A stretch of DNA of 64,000 nt from Octopus sinensis (taxonomy: Eukaryota): the NCBI RefSeq assembly GCF_006345805.1, contig NC_042998.1, positions 248,001 through 312,000 of the forward strand, in the 5' to 3' direction. Within the stretch, counting starts at the first letter, position 1; each line of letters opens with the position of its first letter. The notes beneath the pieces were generated by a model, which saw only the letters and a program-made list of their open reading frames with translations, was not told where the DNA came from and did no database searches. This document shows, piece after piece, positions 26,318 through 40,139 of this stretch. The position numbers and the translations under genes are program-made.

Positions 26318-27930
26318 TGGAGGAGGAGCAGTACAGACTTCTAGCATTTGACTGGTACTTGGTTGATTCCAGAAAGAAAAAGGGTAGAGTTGATTTGCCG
26401 AGATTTGAACTCCCAACACTTGGTATGTGGACAATTATTGTGAGGCACATCCCAAATTCTAACAGCTCTCTCAAATCATCATTATGTGTGTTTGTGAGTG
26501 TATATCTTCCCACTGACACTACTTTGGCAACAATGATGTGGTTTACACCTTCTGTAAACAAAATGACCAGGAGCAGTTTGAAGTAGCAAGACATAGAATA
26601 GAATACCATACTTCGAAAGAAGAGCTGACACCAGAAAGCGCTGCCTCAAGAAATCTTGCAAAACCAAAGCCAACATAAGACTAAGCAGACATGAATAGAA
26701 AATGAAGTATATACGATGTGAGAGTGTTGCTTCTTAAAAATATTCAACCATTATGAGCCAACGTGGATGTTGTGATGTGGTCACTTGACCAGGTAGAAAG
26801 AGCAGCCAAACTTTTCCCAAATCACCAAACCTACTGTCAACAACAAAGAAGTTGCATTAGAACGTTCTTGATCATTGGTCTGTTGGGTCAGAGTTGACTC
26901 AGGGTTAAACAATATTTACATCAATCTACCTCTGTTGCCTTACTGAAATCATTAATGAAGTCAGAAGGGACTTAGAGCTTTCAGGTGAATACTTTCCTTA
27001 TTAACCAACATATGGTACAGATAATGATGATGGTAACAGTAAGAATGGTTTATTTAGGGGGAGGGGGACCAATGACTTGAGAAAACTGGATTAAATGAAT
27101 AACCAGATGTAAACATGAAATGATGAGCAAGCATCGTTGTGTGGTAAGAAGTTTGCTTCCCACCTACTTGGTTCTGGGTTCAATCCCACATAGTAGAAGA
27201 CACCTTGGGCAGGTGTCTTCTACTATGGCCCTTGGTTGACCAAAGCCTTCTAAGTAGACATCGTGGATGGAAACTGAAAGAAGCCTGTCGTCATGCATGT
27301 GTGTGTGTTACTGTCTCCTTGCCATTCATACTATGTGATAGTAACAAGCAAGCGTCATCATCATACTAGTTATTTCCTTTGTTGTCAATATTCTGTAAAA
27401 GCATGTATGGCCATGGGGAAATATTACCTTGCTTGAAAACAGGTGAAGGTTGGTGACTGGAAAGGCATCCAGTTTAAGAAAATCCACCTCAAGGAATTCC
27501 ATCCAACCCACTCATGCCAGCATGGAAATGTGGATGTTAAAATGAGGATAATGATAAATAGGTGTGTGTGTGTGCAAGTCCCACCATTTAGTACAAGAAA
27601 GTCAAAGCTAATTTTGGTAGGGTTTGAACTTAGACTGTCAAGTGGCATAAGTAAATACTGTAATGCATTTAAATTAGTACTCTCTTTTACTCTCTTTACT
27701 CTTTTACTTGTTTCAGTCATTTGACCATGGCCATGCTGGAGCACCACCTTTAGTCGAGCAAATCGACCCCAGGACTTATTCTTTGTAAGCCTAGTACTTA
27801 TTCTATCGGTCTCTTTTGCTGAACTGTTAAGTTATGGGGATGTAACCACACCAGCATCGATTGTCAAGTGATGTTGAGGGGACAAACAGACACATAAACA
27901 TACACACACACACACATATATATATATATA

Positions 27931-28997
27931 TTGGTGACAAAAGGCCTCTCGCACAGAGTGAAAGGCAGACTGTATGATGCGTGTGTACGAACAGCCATGC
28001 TACATGGCAGTGAAACATGGGCCGTGACTGCTGAGGATATGCGTAAGCTCGCTAGAAATGAAGCCAGTATGCTCCGATGGATGTGTAATGCCGGTACTCA
28101 CACTCGGCAGAGTGTAAGTACCTTGAGAGAAAAGCTGGACCTAAGAAGCATCAGTTGTGGTGTGCAAGAGAGACGTTTGCGCTGGTATGGTCATGTGGCG
28201 AGAATGGATGAAGATAGTTGTGTGAAAAAGTGCCACACCCTAGCGGTTGAGGGAACCTGTGGAAGAGGCAGACCCAGGAAAACCTGGGACGAGGTGGAAG
28301 CACGACCTTCGAACTTTAGGTCTCACTGAGGAAATGACTAGAGACCGAGACCTCTGGAAGTGTGCTGTGCGCGAGAAGACCCGGCAGGACAAGTGAGTCC
28401 ACAACCCGTGGCCTTCTACATGGGATGGAGCCAGCCTACGTATGCATACCTTCCCTTCTTGGGACACAAAACTCTACTTGTGAAGAGTGTTGAGGCAAGT
28501 GAGGATCAGAATCGAAATCGATCAATGGAAATTGCGGATGTGCTACCAGTGCCGGTGGCATGTCGAAACTCTGCTTGTGAAGACCCATTGAGGCAAGTGA
28601 GGATCAGAATCGAAATCGATCAATGGAAATTGCAGATGTGTTACCAGTGCCGGTGGCATGTAAGAGAACTTTCCGTTTCGCGACCGTTGCCAGCACCGCC
28701 CCGTTTCGTGTCCGTTGCCAGCCTCGCCTGGCCCTCGTGCCGGTGGCACATAAAAAGCACCATCCGTTCGTGGCCGTTTGCCAGCTCTGTCTGGCACCAG
28801 TGCGGGTGGCACGTAAAAAGCACCCACAACACTCACGGAGTGGTTGGCGTTAGGAAGGGCATCCAGCCGTAGAAACACTGCCAGATTTGACTGGGCCTGA
28901 TGAAGCCTTCTGGCTTCACAGACCCCAGTAGAACCGTCCAACCCATGCTAGCATGGAAAACGGACGCTAAATGATGATGATGATGATGATGATGATA
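27931..28997 (+). mobile_element. 3' fragment of the same RTE-clade LINE, nested in a SINE
   Basis: ORF 27931..28329 matches 23504..23815. Same 3' UTR and (TGA)n tail. Contains a ~97-bp tandem duplication at about 28470-28670. Confidence 0.88.
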
Positions 28998-29130
28998 TAT
29001 ATATCATAAATCTTTGAGCGGCAGAAAGTGTGTCAATAGCCAGCTGGAGGAGGTGTCCTCCTGGGGCTACAAGCTACAGTTGCATCCACCCTTAGGGGTT
29101 AGCCATATTTAAATGGCAAATATACTTCAC

Positions 29131-29166
<36 letters not shown>

Positions 29167-31039
29167 CATACATACACATATACGACAGGCTTCTTTCAGT
29201 TTCTGTCTATCAAATCCACTGACAAGGCTTTCGTTGGCCCGGGGCTATAGTAGAAGACAACAAGGCTGTTTGTTAGTCAGCAGGCACATGTAAAGTTACT
29301 GGCATTCCAGCAGTTATAATGATGAGGGTTCCAGTTGATTAGATGAATGGAACAGGCTGCTCATGAAATTAACATGCAAGTGGCTGAGCACTCCACAGTC
29401 ATGTGAAATTTTAACAGAGTTCTCAGTGTGATAGGGAGTGTGACACAGTGTGACAAGGCTGGCCCTTTTGAAATACAGGTACAATTCCTTTTTGCCAGTT
29501 GAGTGGATTGGACCAGAGTGAAATAAAGAGTCTTGCTCAAGGGTGCAACACACTGCCAGTTTTCAAACTCATGACCCTATGATCGGAAGTTAAATACCCT
29601 AACCATTAAGCCATGAGCCTCTACATGTATAACACATGTAATGCCTTTACATGTATAACACATGTAATGAGGAAAGGAAATATAAACTCAATCTTACAAA
29701 CACTCACATGCACACAGACACATACTTTCTTTTATTTTGTCTTTTATTCTTTTATTTGTTTCAGTCATTTGACTGCAGCCATGCTGGAGCACTGCATTTA
29801 GTCGAACAAATTGACCCCAGGACTTATTATTTCTAAGCCTAGTACTAAAGGGTTAAGGTGGTCATATTTCAAATATAGCTATTAGGAGCTTATCACTGAA
29901 TTGATTAAGGGTGTGGTAAAGTGAAATGATGCAGTGTTCTACAAAACAACATAAGACATTGCTGAGCTAAAAAGATTGAAAGGGAATTAATTCTATCAGT
30001 CTCTTTTGTTGAACCACTAAGTTACGGGGACATAAACGCACCAAAATCAGTTGTCAAGGATGGTGGGGGGGACAAACACAGATACACACACACATATATA
30101 TATATGACAGGCTTCTTTCAGTTTTTGTCTACCAGATCCACTCACAAGGCTTTGGTTGGCCAGAGGCTATAGTAGAAGACACTTGCCTAAGGTGCCATGC
30201 AGTAGGATTGAACCTGGAACCATGTGGTTGGTAAGCAAGCTACTTAACACACAACCACTCCTGTGGCTACATACATGTATATATCAGCATCATCACTTCA
30301 TTTCAACATCTACTTTTCCATGCATGCATGGGTCAAATGGAATTTATTGAAGGAGATTTTCTACGACTGGGTGAATTTCCCCATGGCCAGGTATTTTCTT
30401 GCAGAGTATTGTGAGTGAATGACACTGCTTGTACGACAGTGACAATCATTTACAACTACATGAAATGTCAAGACATGCAATACAAACACTTACTCTCACA
30501 CACACATAGCTCTTTTATCTTGCTGGGGCATCACCTTGGAGAGCTTTAGTTGAATGAATCAGTCCCAGTATGTTTTTTAAAACCACTAAGTTACAGAGAC
30601 ATAAACATAGACACAAAGACAAACACACATAAATACATACACACACACATACATATATATACGAGCATAATGCCCCTTGTCCAATGGACAGTGCTGAGTT
30701 GTCAAACATTTAAACCAAATTTTCTCAAAACAACTTGTCCGACCATCCCATAGGCCTCCCCTTTGAGAAACACTGATTTAACCTAAATTTGAGACACCAG
30801 CAAAAGAAGAAATAAAGATAGACTTTTTTTCTATTCCAAAGAAAAACGATTTTATTCACACAAATATGCAACTTAAGAGTTTAAAGTACCAGTAATGATA
30901 AGGCTGTTGACTGGGAGAACACAAACATGGTTTAAACAGTAAGCTTGGCAGGAAAGAAACGTGCCCTTAATCAGTACAATAACAACAAAAATTGGAAGGT
31001 GCAGTTATGTACAGGTTGACGGAAGAAAAGCAGGACAAA

Positions 31040-31215
31040 AACGGCTTTACCGATCGCATTCTCACCTAGAATCGATTTTTGTAAATTTTTCAAGACTTAT
31101 ACACGCCCTAATACCGTCGGTATCTACATATTAAATTTGAGTGCAATCGGATGGAGGATGCCCGAGATCCTAGAAGACACACACACATACAGACAGAACG
31201 ATTTTATATAATAGA
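31040..31215 (-). mobile_element. Helitron-like 5' end fragment
   Basis: The minus strand begins A|TCTATTATATAAAA...gtctgtatgtgtgtg, resembling the 5' end of 3526-4042. No 3' CTRR end identified. Confidence 0.5.
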
Positions 31216-31677
31216 TAAACACACACACACGAGAGGCTTCTTTCATTTTACATCTACCCAGTTCACAAGTCTTTTATTGCCCTGGGACTATAGAAGACAC
31301 TTGCTCAAGGTGCCACGCAGTGGAACTGAACCTGAAACCATGAAGTTGGGAAGCAAATTTCTTACCACATTGCCACACTTGTGCCAATAGGAAATATATT
31401 TGTCTAATATGCTTAATTTATACCTTGGGTAAAGAGCAAACACCAGAAATGAATTAACTATGATTAGGAATTAAAAGTAGATTGCTTGCCACTAGAATGA
31501 TGGTAGTGATGAAGATGATGATGATGGCTATGACAACAATAATGATGATGATGATACTGATGTTGATGGAGATAATGATAATGATAATAATAGGAAGATA
31601 GATAGAGAATGGTATCAAATTAGAATTCTCTCAATTCCTGACAGAGAAGGCAGACAAGAATAAATAAATAAATAATG

Positions 31678-31715
<38 letters not shown>

Positions 31716-32860
31716 GGTTTTTGCAATGAAATTAAGGAAGTCAAAAGATACAAGATAAAATGGCAGTGAAGTATTGAAGTATATTAGTAGCTTTTCAAAC
31801 ATGCCACAGAGGAATTTGGAAATCTGGAATGTTTTGGCACATCTGATACCATAATGATATCAATACTACAGCAATGCCCGAAGGAAGTTAACAAAACAAG
31901 CCACAGCAAAAACACAAACAACAACAATATTAATAAATAAATAAATAAATAAAAAGACAAGAGCAATACAATATAGACAGATATAACTTATTTTCTTCAA
32001 GCTAAAGCAGGAGCCTTTGTGTGGTCGTTAGTTGCCAGAAACAGCAGTGAAACCTCTATCAAGTCATATCTACCATTTTAAGAAGGAAGATATTAGATAA
32101 TTGGATTAAATGTCTTAGGACCCTGAACTATCGATTTCCTCTGAAAAATAGGAATAATGGCAGCCTGACAGAGAAATGAACCCTACAAGGTAGAATGACT
32201 GCTGCAGTGAGCACCATGGGCCCTTCTCTGTGGCGATGCCATCAAGGTCATTACTGCAGGGTACAGCTGAGCACACAGTTTGTTCTGAGATATGTGGCCC
32301 GTCACCCTCTCCTGCTACTTCCCCCTCCACTTTTTTCTCCTTTTCTTTCTTTTCCCTTTTTATCTCCCTCTTTCCTGCTACTTTGCTTTTAAACGGCCTA
32401 ATAAAGTCATTGTCTAGTAACAACTGTAATAGCAATCCGTAAATAAAAATGTCAATTTGGCAGATAATAAAACAAATTTGACCAATTAGAACTGATTTGG
32501 AGATATATTACAATTGTTATAATATTCGTTACTCTATTGTTTAGTAGCTATAAAAATATTGCTTTCAGGATCTTTTTGTCTAGAAGATTCCATGATAGGT
32601 AGGCTGCTGTTGCCATTGTTGTTATCACCACTATTTTCATGTTCATTTTTCCATGCTGGCTTGGGTTATTCAAAGCTCATTGAAGAAGTTTTTATTTATG
32701 GCCAGATGGTCATCCTGTCACCAACCCATATCTGTTTTTTGAGTAAGGTATTTTCCTTGCATTGTAATCACATGTCAGACATGATGAACTGCTGATACTT
32801 TAGGAATTTTCTTACTGGAGAATATAAACAGTCTGCTCAGACAATGTTCATTCACACCAG

Positions 32861-33095
32861 GGTTGGTGAGCTGGCAGAAATGTTAGCACGCTGGGTGAAA
32901 AGCTTAGTGGTATTTTGTCTGCCGTTATGTTCTGAGTTCAAATTCTGCCGAGGTCGATTTTGCCTTTCATCCTTTTGGGGTCGATAAATTAAGTACCAGT
33001 TATGTACTGGGGTCAATGTAATAGACTTAATCCATTTGTCTGTCCTTGTTTGTCCCCTCTGTGTGTAGCCCCTTGTGGGTAGTAAAGAAATAGGT
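32861..33095 (+). mobile_element. tRNA-headed SINE family B with a Deu/Nin-like core; other copies at 56516-56742, 39833-40045, 4055-4260, 41800-42000, 54890-55090 and the cluster 19850-20840
   Basis: Head ggtgagctggcagaa..gttagcacg...gagttcaaattc. The core gcctttcatcctttcggggtcgataaattaagtaccag resembles the Deu/Nin SINE domain (from memory). Confidence 0.8.
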
Positions 33096-33803
33096 ATTTT
33101 ATCTGTCTTTATGTTCTGAGTTCAAACTTGCCTTTCATACTTTCAGGGCCAATAAATTATGTACAAGTTGCATATAGGGGTCGATCTAATCGACTGGCCC
33201 CCTCCCCAAAAATTTCGGGCCTTGTGCCTAGAGTAGAAAAGAATATTCATACACACACATATATAAATACACACCTAAGCGGTTAACAATTATCACTGAG
33301 TGCAAACCAAAGGCAAAATGCTCAGCAGCATTTCTTTCAAATTTATGTTCTGAGTTCAAATTTAACCAAGGTACACATTGCCTTTCAACCTTTTGGGATC
33401 AATAGAATAAGTACCAGTTGAGCACTAGTGTTAATGTAATCGACTAACCCACCCTTCCAAGATTTCAGGTCTTGTGACTAACATGGAAGGAATTATTGAA
33501 TACAAAACAGGGAAGATAACTGAGACACAAGAAAACATGATATAATGCTTTACAACATCTGGCTTGGTACTTCACTGTCGTAAGTTCAAAATCCTGCTAG
33601 GACTGATTCAGCGCTTAGCTTTTCCAGGCACTAATAAAATAAACACTAATAACACAGTATAAATGACTGGATTGATTATATACTTTTTATCCTTGAAATA
33701 CTGCCATTGTATTTAGCAATAGTTTAGCTTAGTAATTGTTTATTGCAAAATATAAATCATAATAATTATCAGTTCTATATTACAAAAAAAGAATTTAGAA
33801 CTA

Positions 33804-34246
33804 TTTTTTTTTCTCTCTAGTTTCAGCTCAGAGCTGCGGCCATGCTGATGTACCACCGTTTTGCTACACTGCTATTACTAAGAACCTCCTCTAATATGTG
33901 ACACTTGGTGAAGAACGGAGTTTGATATAGCTACCCTCATTTGCACCTCTTGCCGTGAGGTAGGTTCATCTGGGACTCTCGACAGGAAGAGATCCAGCTT
34001 TGATTTAAAAACCACTACATCTACTTTGTGCAAGTTCCTCAGACTCTTTGGGAGAATATTAAAAAGCTGTAGGCCCTTGAAACCTAGGCTGTTGCAGTAA
34101 CTGGTGATGGCGTTGTTGGGATCTTTGGCACTATGCAGTGTCGTCCTGTTCTGGTATTGGTGTAGCTTTCAATGCCAAAATTTGGTACAATTCCTTCCGG
34201 GATCTTCCAGATATATATTACTGCATACCTCTCCCGTCTTCTCTAT
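33804..34246 (-). mobile_element. 3' end of a different CR1/L2-group LINE
   Basis: The minus strand reads RRRERYAVIYIWKI...QLFNILPKSLRNL...FKSKLDLFLSRVPDEP, then a 3' UTR ending cagcatggccgcagctctgagctgaaactagagag(A)n. Confidence 0.8.
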
Positions 34247-36567
34247 TGATAGCAGAATAAAATTATTGTTTTTTTTTTATAGATAACCATAGCTTTTACC
34301 GACAAGTATGCATCTGTTCTTCCTGCTGTAATTATTACCAGAGCAATACCACCACCATTCATATTTTTCAACTGCTGGTATCTGTATGTAACTTTTACCA
34401 CCAATGTTGTGAATATAACTGTAAACACTACAATAATACATACACACACAACACACAACATTTATATTAGATATATGTGTATATTATATATAAGTATGTA
34501 CATACACAAGCATGTTTTAATTACTAAATTATCAGTCCAACTACAATGATAAACAAATGCTTACTTCTCCCACCGTCACCACCACCATCACCACCACCAC
34601 CACCACCACCACCACCACAATCACTCACCTTTATCCACCCTCACCCTAATTCAACACAACCTCACTAACATTCACACCTCATTACAATGATAACAACATT
34701 TCCTCTTTCACTATGGTAATCACAAACAACCACCAACCATTAACACTGCTACTATCTTCATACAACCATCAGTGCTGCTTCCCCCCACCCTCATCCCATC
34801 CCCTTCTGCCATCTTCTCTTGCAACTAGAAAACCACCATCACAATGAAATTTGATATTAATAGCCTTCCTACATACAGTGTGACTAATCCTTATTAAATA
34901 AACACTTAAATTAGATTTATGGCTTAATTAGTTGTTACAGCAAAATAAATAAATAAATGAATAAATAAATAAAAATATCACTAATTAGAGAATGATGTCA
35001 AGGAAGCAATAGTTGAAGATATTTGTGGACTGCATAAAAATGCACTCACCAACTGTATTTCAGTTGTTGAATTGTCTAAATAAACTTCAGCCGTATATAT
35101 GGAAGAACCTAGCAGATACTAAGCTTTAATTAGCAACCTAAATCAAAGAGCAAATTTCTAAGTAGATTGATTAAAAATCCTACTACTTACTTGGCATTAG
35201 TTTACCTGATTAGCAGTAGACTGCTCACTGATAACAGAGATCTACATTAAGTACTAAACACCACAAAATGCTACTGAGAGTGTGGATGAACTTAAGGCAA
35301 GAGCAAGAGGTGAGCAAGGTAAGTTGTAACCTGCTCTGGATGAGCAGTGGTGCTTTTTGAAGAAAACAAGACGTAATTAATCTCTTGATCACTTTAGAGA
35401 ATGTGGTTGTAGTTTGTTCAGTTCAAATTAATGGTGAATGTAAATTGACTGATTTTATTGAACAGCTTGTTAGAAGTGCCCCTCCCTCCTTGTCAATGCT
35501 AAGACCAATAGTTCTCAACCGTTTTTTTTTTTTTCACCTATTGATTGCTTTAATTACTATTTTATTCTGGTGGAACTCTGCAGCCATTTGCCATTTAAAA
35601 TCTAGTTTTATAGAGACTTCTTTCAAAATTCCTATTTTGTTTCTGACACATTCATATACTCTTACTCTTTTACTGTCTTTTACTTGTTTCAGTCATTTGA
35701 CTGCGGCCATGCTGGAGCACTGCCTTTTAGTCGAGCAAATCGACCCCAGGACTTATTCTTTGTAAGCCTAGTACTTATTCTATCAATCTCTTTTGCCGAA
35801 CCACTAAGTTAAGGGGACGTAAACACACCACTATCGGTTGTCAAGCCATGCTGAGGGGACAAACAGACACACATACATCTATATACATATATATGATGGG
35901 CTTCTTTCAATTTCCATCTCCCAAATCCACTCACAAGGCTTTGGTTGGCCTGAGGCTATAGTAGAAGACACTTGCTCAAGGTGCCACGCAGTGGAAATGA
36001 ACCCAGAATCATGTGGTTGGTAAGCAAGCTACTTACCACATAGCCACTCGAGCAGGTTTGCAATAACACTACTCTCTGAGTGAACATACATCAGTGGCCA
36101 GAAACATGCTGAACTCTGTAAAATGTTAGAGAAAGAAACCGAGCTGTTTCCTGCAATAAATGCATCTACAGCAAAAATCTTTCATGGATCCATAAAATAT
36201 TCAGTTGCTTGCATGCCAACCCAACATAGACTCCAGTTAAAACCCATTGGCTTAGACATTAACTTCAAACTTTATGAATCAAGGAAAGAGTCTCCATGTG
36301 GTTGCTTGACCCGTTAGGAATAGCAGCTAAATATTCTTCAAATCATAATATACCATCTTACAAAGAAAAAGGACATATTGGACAATGTAGTCCGAATACA
36401 CTCTACCTGAAAATAAGAAGAGGAAGTCATTGTTGGAATGTCTTTGAATGTTGAAATTATGGTGTTGTTGACATGACATATTTTCTTACTTCAAAATTGA
36501 TGAATTACAATAAAATTAAGTTTGGTTTGTTGTCTATAACATGACTGGATATATTAAAGATTCTTAC

Positions 36568-36640
36568 TTGTGTCTTGATGTGGACACTGTATGAGATATC
36601 CATGTGACTTTGTTACAATTTTAACATCTTGCAAAGCACC
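36568..36640 (-). CDS. NELL: NELL-family gene exon: end of LamG/TSPN domain (GALQDVKIVTKSHGYLIQCPHQDT)
   Basis: Found by manual reading, not in the ORF track. Acceptor ctctttctatatttttcAG, donor GTAAGA, 73 nt, phase 0 to 1. Resembles the vertebrate NELL segment G(I/V)xQDxKIIFxPNGYITQCP. Its final A joins GT of the next exon to give S-CPTC. Confidence 0.9.
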
Positions 36641-36711
36641 CTGAAAAATATAGAAAGAGAAAATGAGTTGGAAAGAAAGAAAACAAAGTTGAAAATGCAC
36701 TATATATATAT

Positions 36712-37778
36712 AAACTTAGATAAACTTAGATAAACTTAGATATGTTTCGACCAAAGATTGGTCCAGGCCATGTCTAACTTAATAGCACCACCTGATAGGA
36801 TTATTCGACTCCTGTTTAAGTCAAGTTTTGTTCAAGTAGTGAGTTCTTGTTGGGTGAGTTGTATCCAATTATGGGTGGCTTATCTGGTATTCTTTGAAGG
36901 AATCTATCCAGACTCTGTTTAAAGATGATGGGATCCTTTTCCTCTTTGAACTCCCTCGGAACAATGTTAAATAGGGCAGGGCCTGTTGAGGAAAAGAAAT
37001 TATGTTGCAGTGTACATGTATGTTGTGATCTTGAATTTGGCAGGGGACGTATAGCCCATGGTCCAAGTCTTGGATGGACCTTGAAGCTAATGTTTACGTC
37101 GTTTGGGCAAAGTTGGCGGTATATTTTCCACATCGTACAAATAATGTACCGCTCACGGCGACGCTGGAGGGAGTAAAGTTTCAGGGCTTTAAGGCGATCC
37201 CAATAATCGAGAGCAGCCATGCCTTCAATTTGTTTAGTGAGAGCCCTCTGGGGTGACTCAATTCTGGAGATGTTTTGTCTTGTGTGAGGGGACCACAGTG
37301 GGCAGCAGTATTCAAGGTGTGGCCGTACAAAGGAGGAAAAAAGTGGTATGATGACACCTTGTTCTCTGGACCGGAAAGTTCTTAAGATCCAGGAACTCAT
37401 CCTACGAGTTATATCGACCTTCTTGTTGATGTGTGCACTCCAACTGAGATCGTCATCAACAATTACACCCAGGTCTCTGATATTGTTAGAGGCTGTGAGC
37501 GGTTCCCCTGAAGGAAGAGAGTATGGCTGTTTTAGTGAGGAGTTTCTTCCAAAATGCATCAGCTCAAATTTTCCCTCATTCAGTTGCATTTTGTTTCTGT
37601 CTGCCCATTGACTCACAGCATATAGATCAGACTGAAGTTGAGTTCGGTCTGCTTCTTCATTGACGATTTGCTGGAGCTTAGTGTCATCAGCGAATATTTT
37701 CACTTTGCAGTAATGTACGACACTGGAAAGGTCGTTTACGTAAATTATGAAGAGTAGTGGACCCAAAACAGTTCCCTG

Positions 37779-37790
<12 letters not shown>
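36712..37790 (-). mobile_element. CR1/L2-group LINE, 5'-truncated, with an intact 3' ORF and a (TCTAAGTTTA)n tail
   Basis: ORF 36816..37766 has GPLLFIIYVND, FADDTK, RPHLEYC and LQRRRERY. Three copies of the 10-bp unit AAACTTAGAT at about 36712-36741 mark the 3' end. Confidence 0.88.
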
Positions 37791-37804
<14 letters not shown>

Positions 37805-37816
<12 letters not shown>

Positions 37817-38095
37817 AATTAGAGATAAAACCACTATTTTGCAGCTCAAACGGTGATAGACATAAGCCAAAACATAAAAAGCAAATAATATATATCTTTA
37901 TAAAACATTTAACTAGATCTCAAAAAGTATAAAAATGAATTACTTATTATATATAGCTCATTCATTTTAATACTTTTTGAGATCTAGTTAAATGTTTTAT
38001 AAAGATATATATTATTTGCTTTTTATGTTTTGGCTTATGTCTATCACTGTTTGAGCTGCAAAATAGTGGTTTTATCTCTAATTTATATATTATAT
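37805..38095. repeat. Inverted repeat, 136-bp arms, 19-bp spacer
   Basis: 37805-37940 versus 37960-38095, two mismatches by eye. Confidence 0.95.
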
Positions 38096-38163
38096 GTTTA
38101 TATTGTGAAATCCAATTTAATACTAAATTGAAATTTTCCCTGTAAGTTTGGAGTTATACTCCC

Positions 38164-38221
<58 letters not shown>

Positions 38222-38267
38222 AATAAAACATGTTGGTTTTTTTAAGATGGGGGTAAATATTTTCGTT

Positions 38268-38835
38268 ATATGTGGTCTGATCAAAAAGTATTGGGACTGG
38301 TGCTATAAAAAGAAAATTACAACACATATTAATTCAGCATTAAATTTCTTTTGCATTAGTCTTCTTCTGAAGCCACACATTTTATCCAGTATCTTTTCCA
38401 TTGATGGAAGCATTCCTGGAACACCTTTTTCTGGGACAGCAAGCAGCTGCCTCATTGCATTCTCTTGGATTTCTTCAACATCTAGAAATCTTGTTGGAGT
38501 CTTCCACTACAAAGACTGAGCCTTCACTTGGGGTCATAGCCAGAGACCCATGATTCGTCACCTGTTATGACTAATTTCAAAATGTTTTTGTCTTCCTTGA
38601 CACAATCAAGGAGATCCTGTACAACTGAAACCCAATCTTCTTTTCCAGATGACCACACTCAACACACTTTCCTTCCAAGCACTGCTACAAACAATGGAAG
38701 TGAGGAAGAACATTATCACTTAGTGCACATATACGATAGAGTTCAAGGTCAATCTGTGCTGTGCAGCTTCACTGTGTGCACTTGAGCTCCATTATCGTAG
38801 CAACAGTCCGAATAATTTTTGACCAAACCTCACAC
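38268..38835. mobile_element. Degraded mariner-like remnant
   Basis: Imperfect TIRs gtggtctgatcaaaaagtattgggactg / cagtccgaataatttttgaccaaacc, with a decayed transposase-like interior. Confidence 0.5.
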
Positions 38836-40139
38836 AGCTATATATCGATAGGAAAATAGAAATGCAAAATTATGTTTACAGATAACAAATGTTTTCATAT
38901 AACAGTTTTCCTGAAAAAATATTAGTGTGTGAGTGTGTGGGTGTGTGAACACAAGAGAATTAAAAGGACATTTCCCATATTTTAGAAGAATCTCATAAAA
39001 GAATGAAATATAGGAAAAATAGTCTGGAAGAAAAACAAAAAAATTTGAATGCAAATATGGCAAAGACTTCTGTTAAGAATTATTGACATTGGTATATGGC
39101 TATCAAACAAGAAAATCAAAATAATGACAATGGCTATATTGTTGATTTATGGAAGTTGAAAGCAATGTATGTGAGAAAGAGCAGAGTTTCCATTGTATTA
39201 CTGACAAGTAAAATGTATTTTAGCAAAGCTTTAGGCGCACTGACTCTGTAAACATTGTTGAGTGGATGGCAGAATCTGTGGAACATTAAACAAAAGTACT
39301 TTGTGTCTCTTTACACAGTGGGTTCAAATCCTGCTTAGGTTCACATCTTTCATCTTTCTGCAGTCTATGAAATAAATATTGACCAAAACAATAAGTACTA
39401 GGGTTGATGAAAAGCAAGGTAGATCTTGGTGGAATTTGAACCCAGAGTTCAGGGAGCTGAAATTATTACTGCAAGGCAGTGGATCTGATGTGATAATGAC
39501 TCAGCCAATGTGCTATGTTATATATGATGTTGTCCAAGATACACTATTCTTGAAAATAAGAACATGATAGTAATAACTTTAATCATATGTCTTTAATCAT
39601 AAAACATTTCAATCAGGGAACATCGAGACTAAACAGCAACTGGTTTATATCTTAAATACAAGAAGATTAAAAAGTACAAAAGGCCAAAGCAAGATTTTGA
39701 TGGAGAATTTATAGAAACAAAAGTAAATACTCTAAAATAGGAGATCCATGTATTCTTTTCAGTTTATGCCAATTTTCTTTGCTTAAAGGCAGCCAAATAT
39801 TGTTTTGTAATATGAATACAAAGCCTGAAGACAGTGAGCTGGCAGAATTGTTAGCATGCCAGGCAAAATGCTTAGCAGCATTTCGTCTGTCTGTATGTTC
39901 TGAGTTCAAATGCTGCTGAGGTCAACTTTACCTTTCATCCTTTTGGAGTTGATAAAATAAGTACCAAGTACCAGTTGAACACTAGGGTTGATGTAATCAA
40001 CTTATGCCCTCCTCCAAAATTGCTGGCCTTGAGCCAAAACTTGAAATTAATGTAGATATAAAGCCTCAAATCAGTCATTAACATAAATTCCAGTATTTGA
40101 CTGATACTTTATTTTCAAGTATTTCTGCATGATGATGAT

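Noticed and set aside
32115-32442. Cluster of overlapping GC-richer ORFs
   Set aside because: No recognisable domain and no consistent splice signals. Partly a CT/GA-rich tract.
34243-34461. ORF with YQQLKN, reminiscent of NELL FQKLRN
   Set aside because: It lies downstream of the LamG-ending exon (wrong order) and in low-complexity sequence.
35050-35108. Exon-like segment on the minus strand (SSIYTAEVYLDNSTTEIQL, GTGAGT donor)
   Set aside because: Phase 1 in and phase 0 out would break the frame between the 36568 and 19444 exons, which already join correctly. No NELL similarity.
36745-36775. gacca-atctt-tggtc-GAAAC hairpin at the CR1-like 3' end
   Set aside because: No CUGANGA upstream. 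Better explained as the LINE 3' recognition stem-loop.
39709-39909. ORF containing ENWHKL, reminiscent of LamG WHK
   Set aside because: The surrounding residues do not fit LamG, there is no suitable donor, and the 5' part is SINE sequence.
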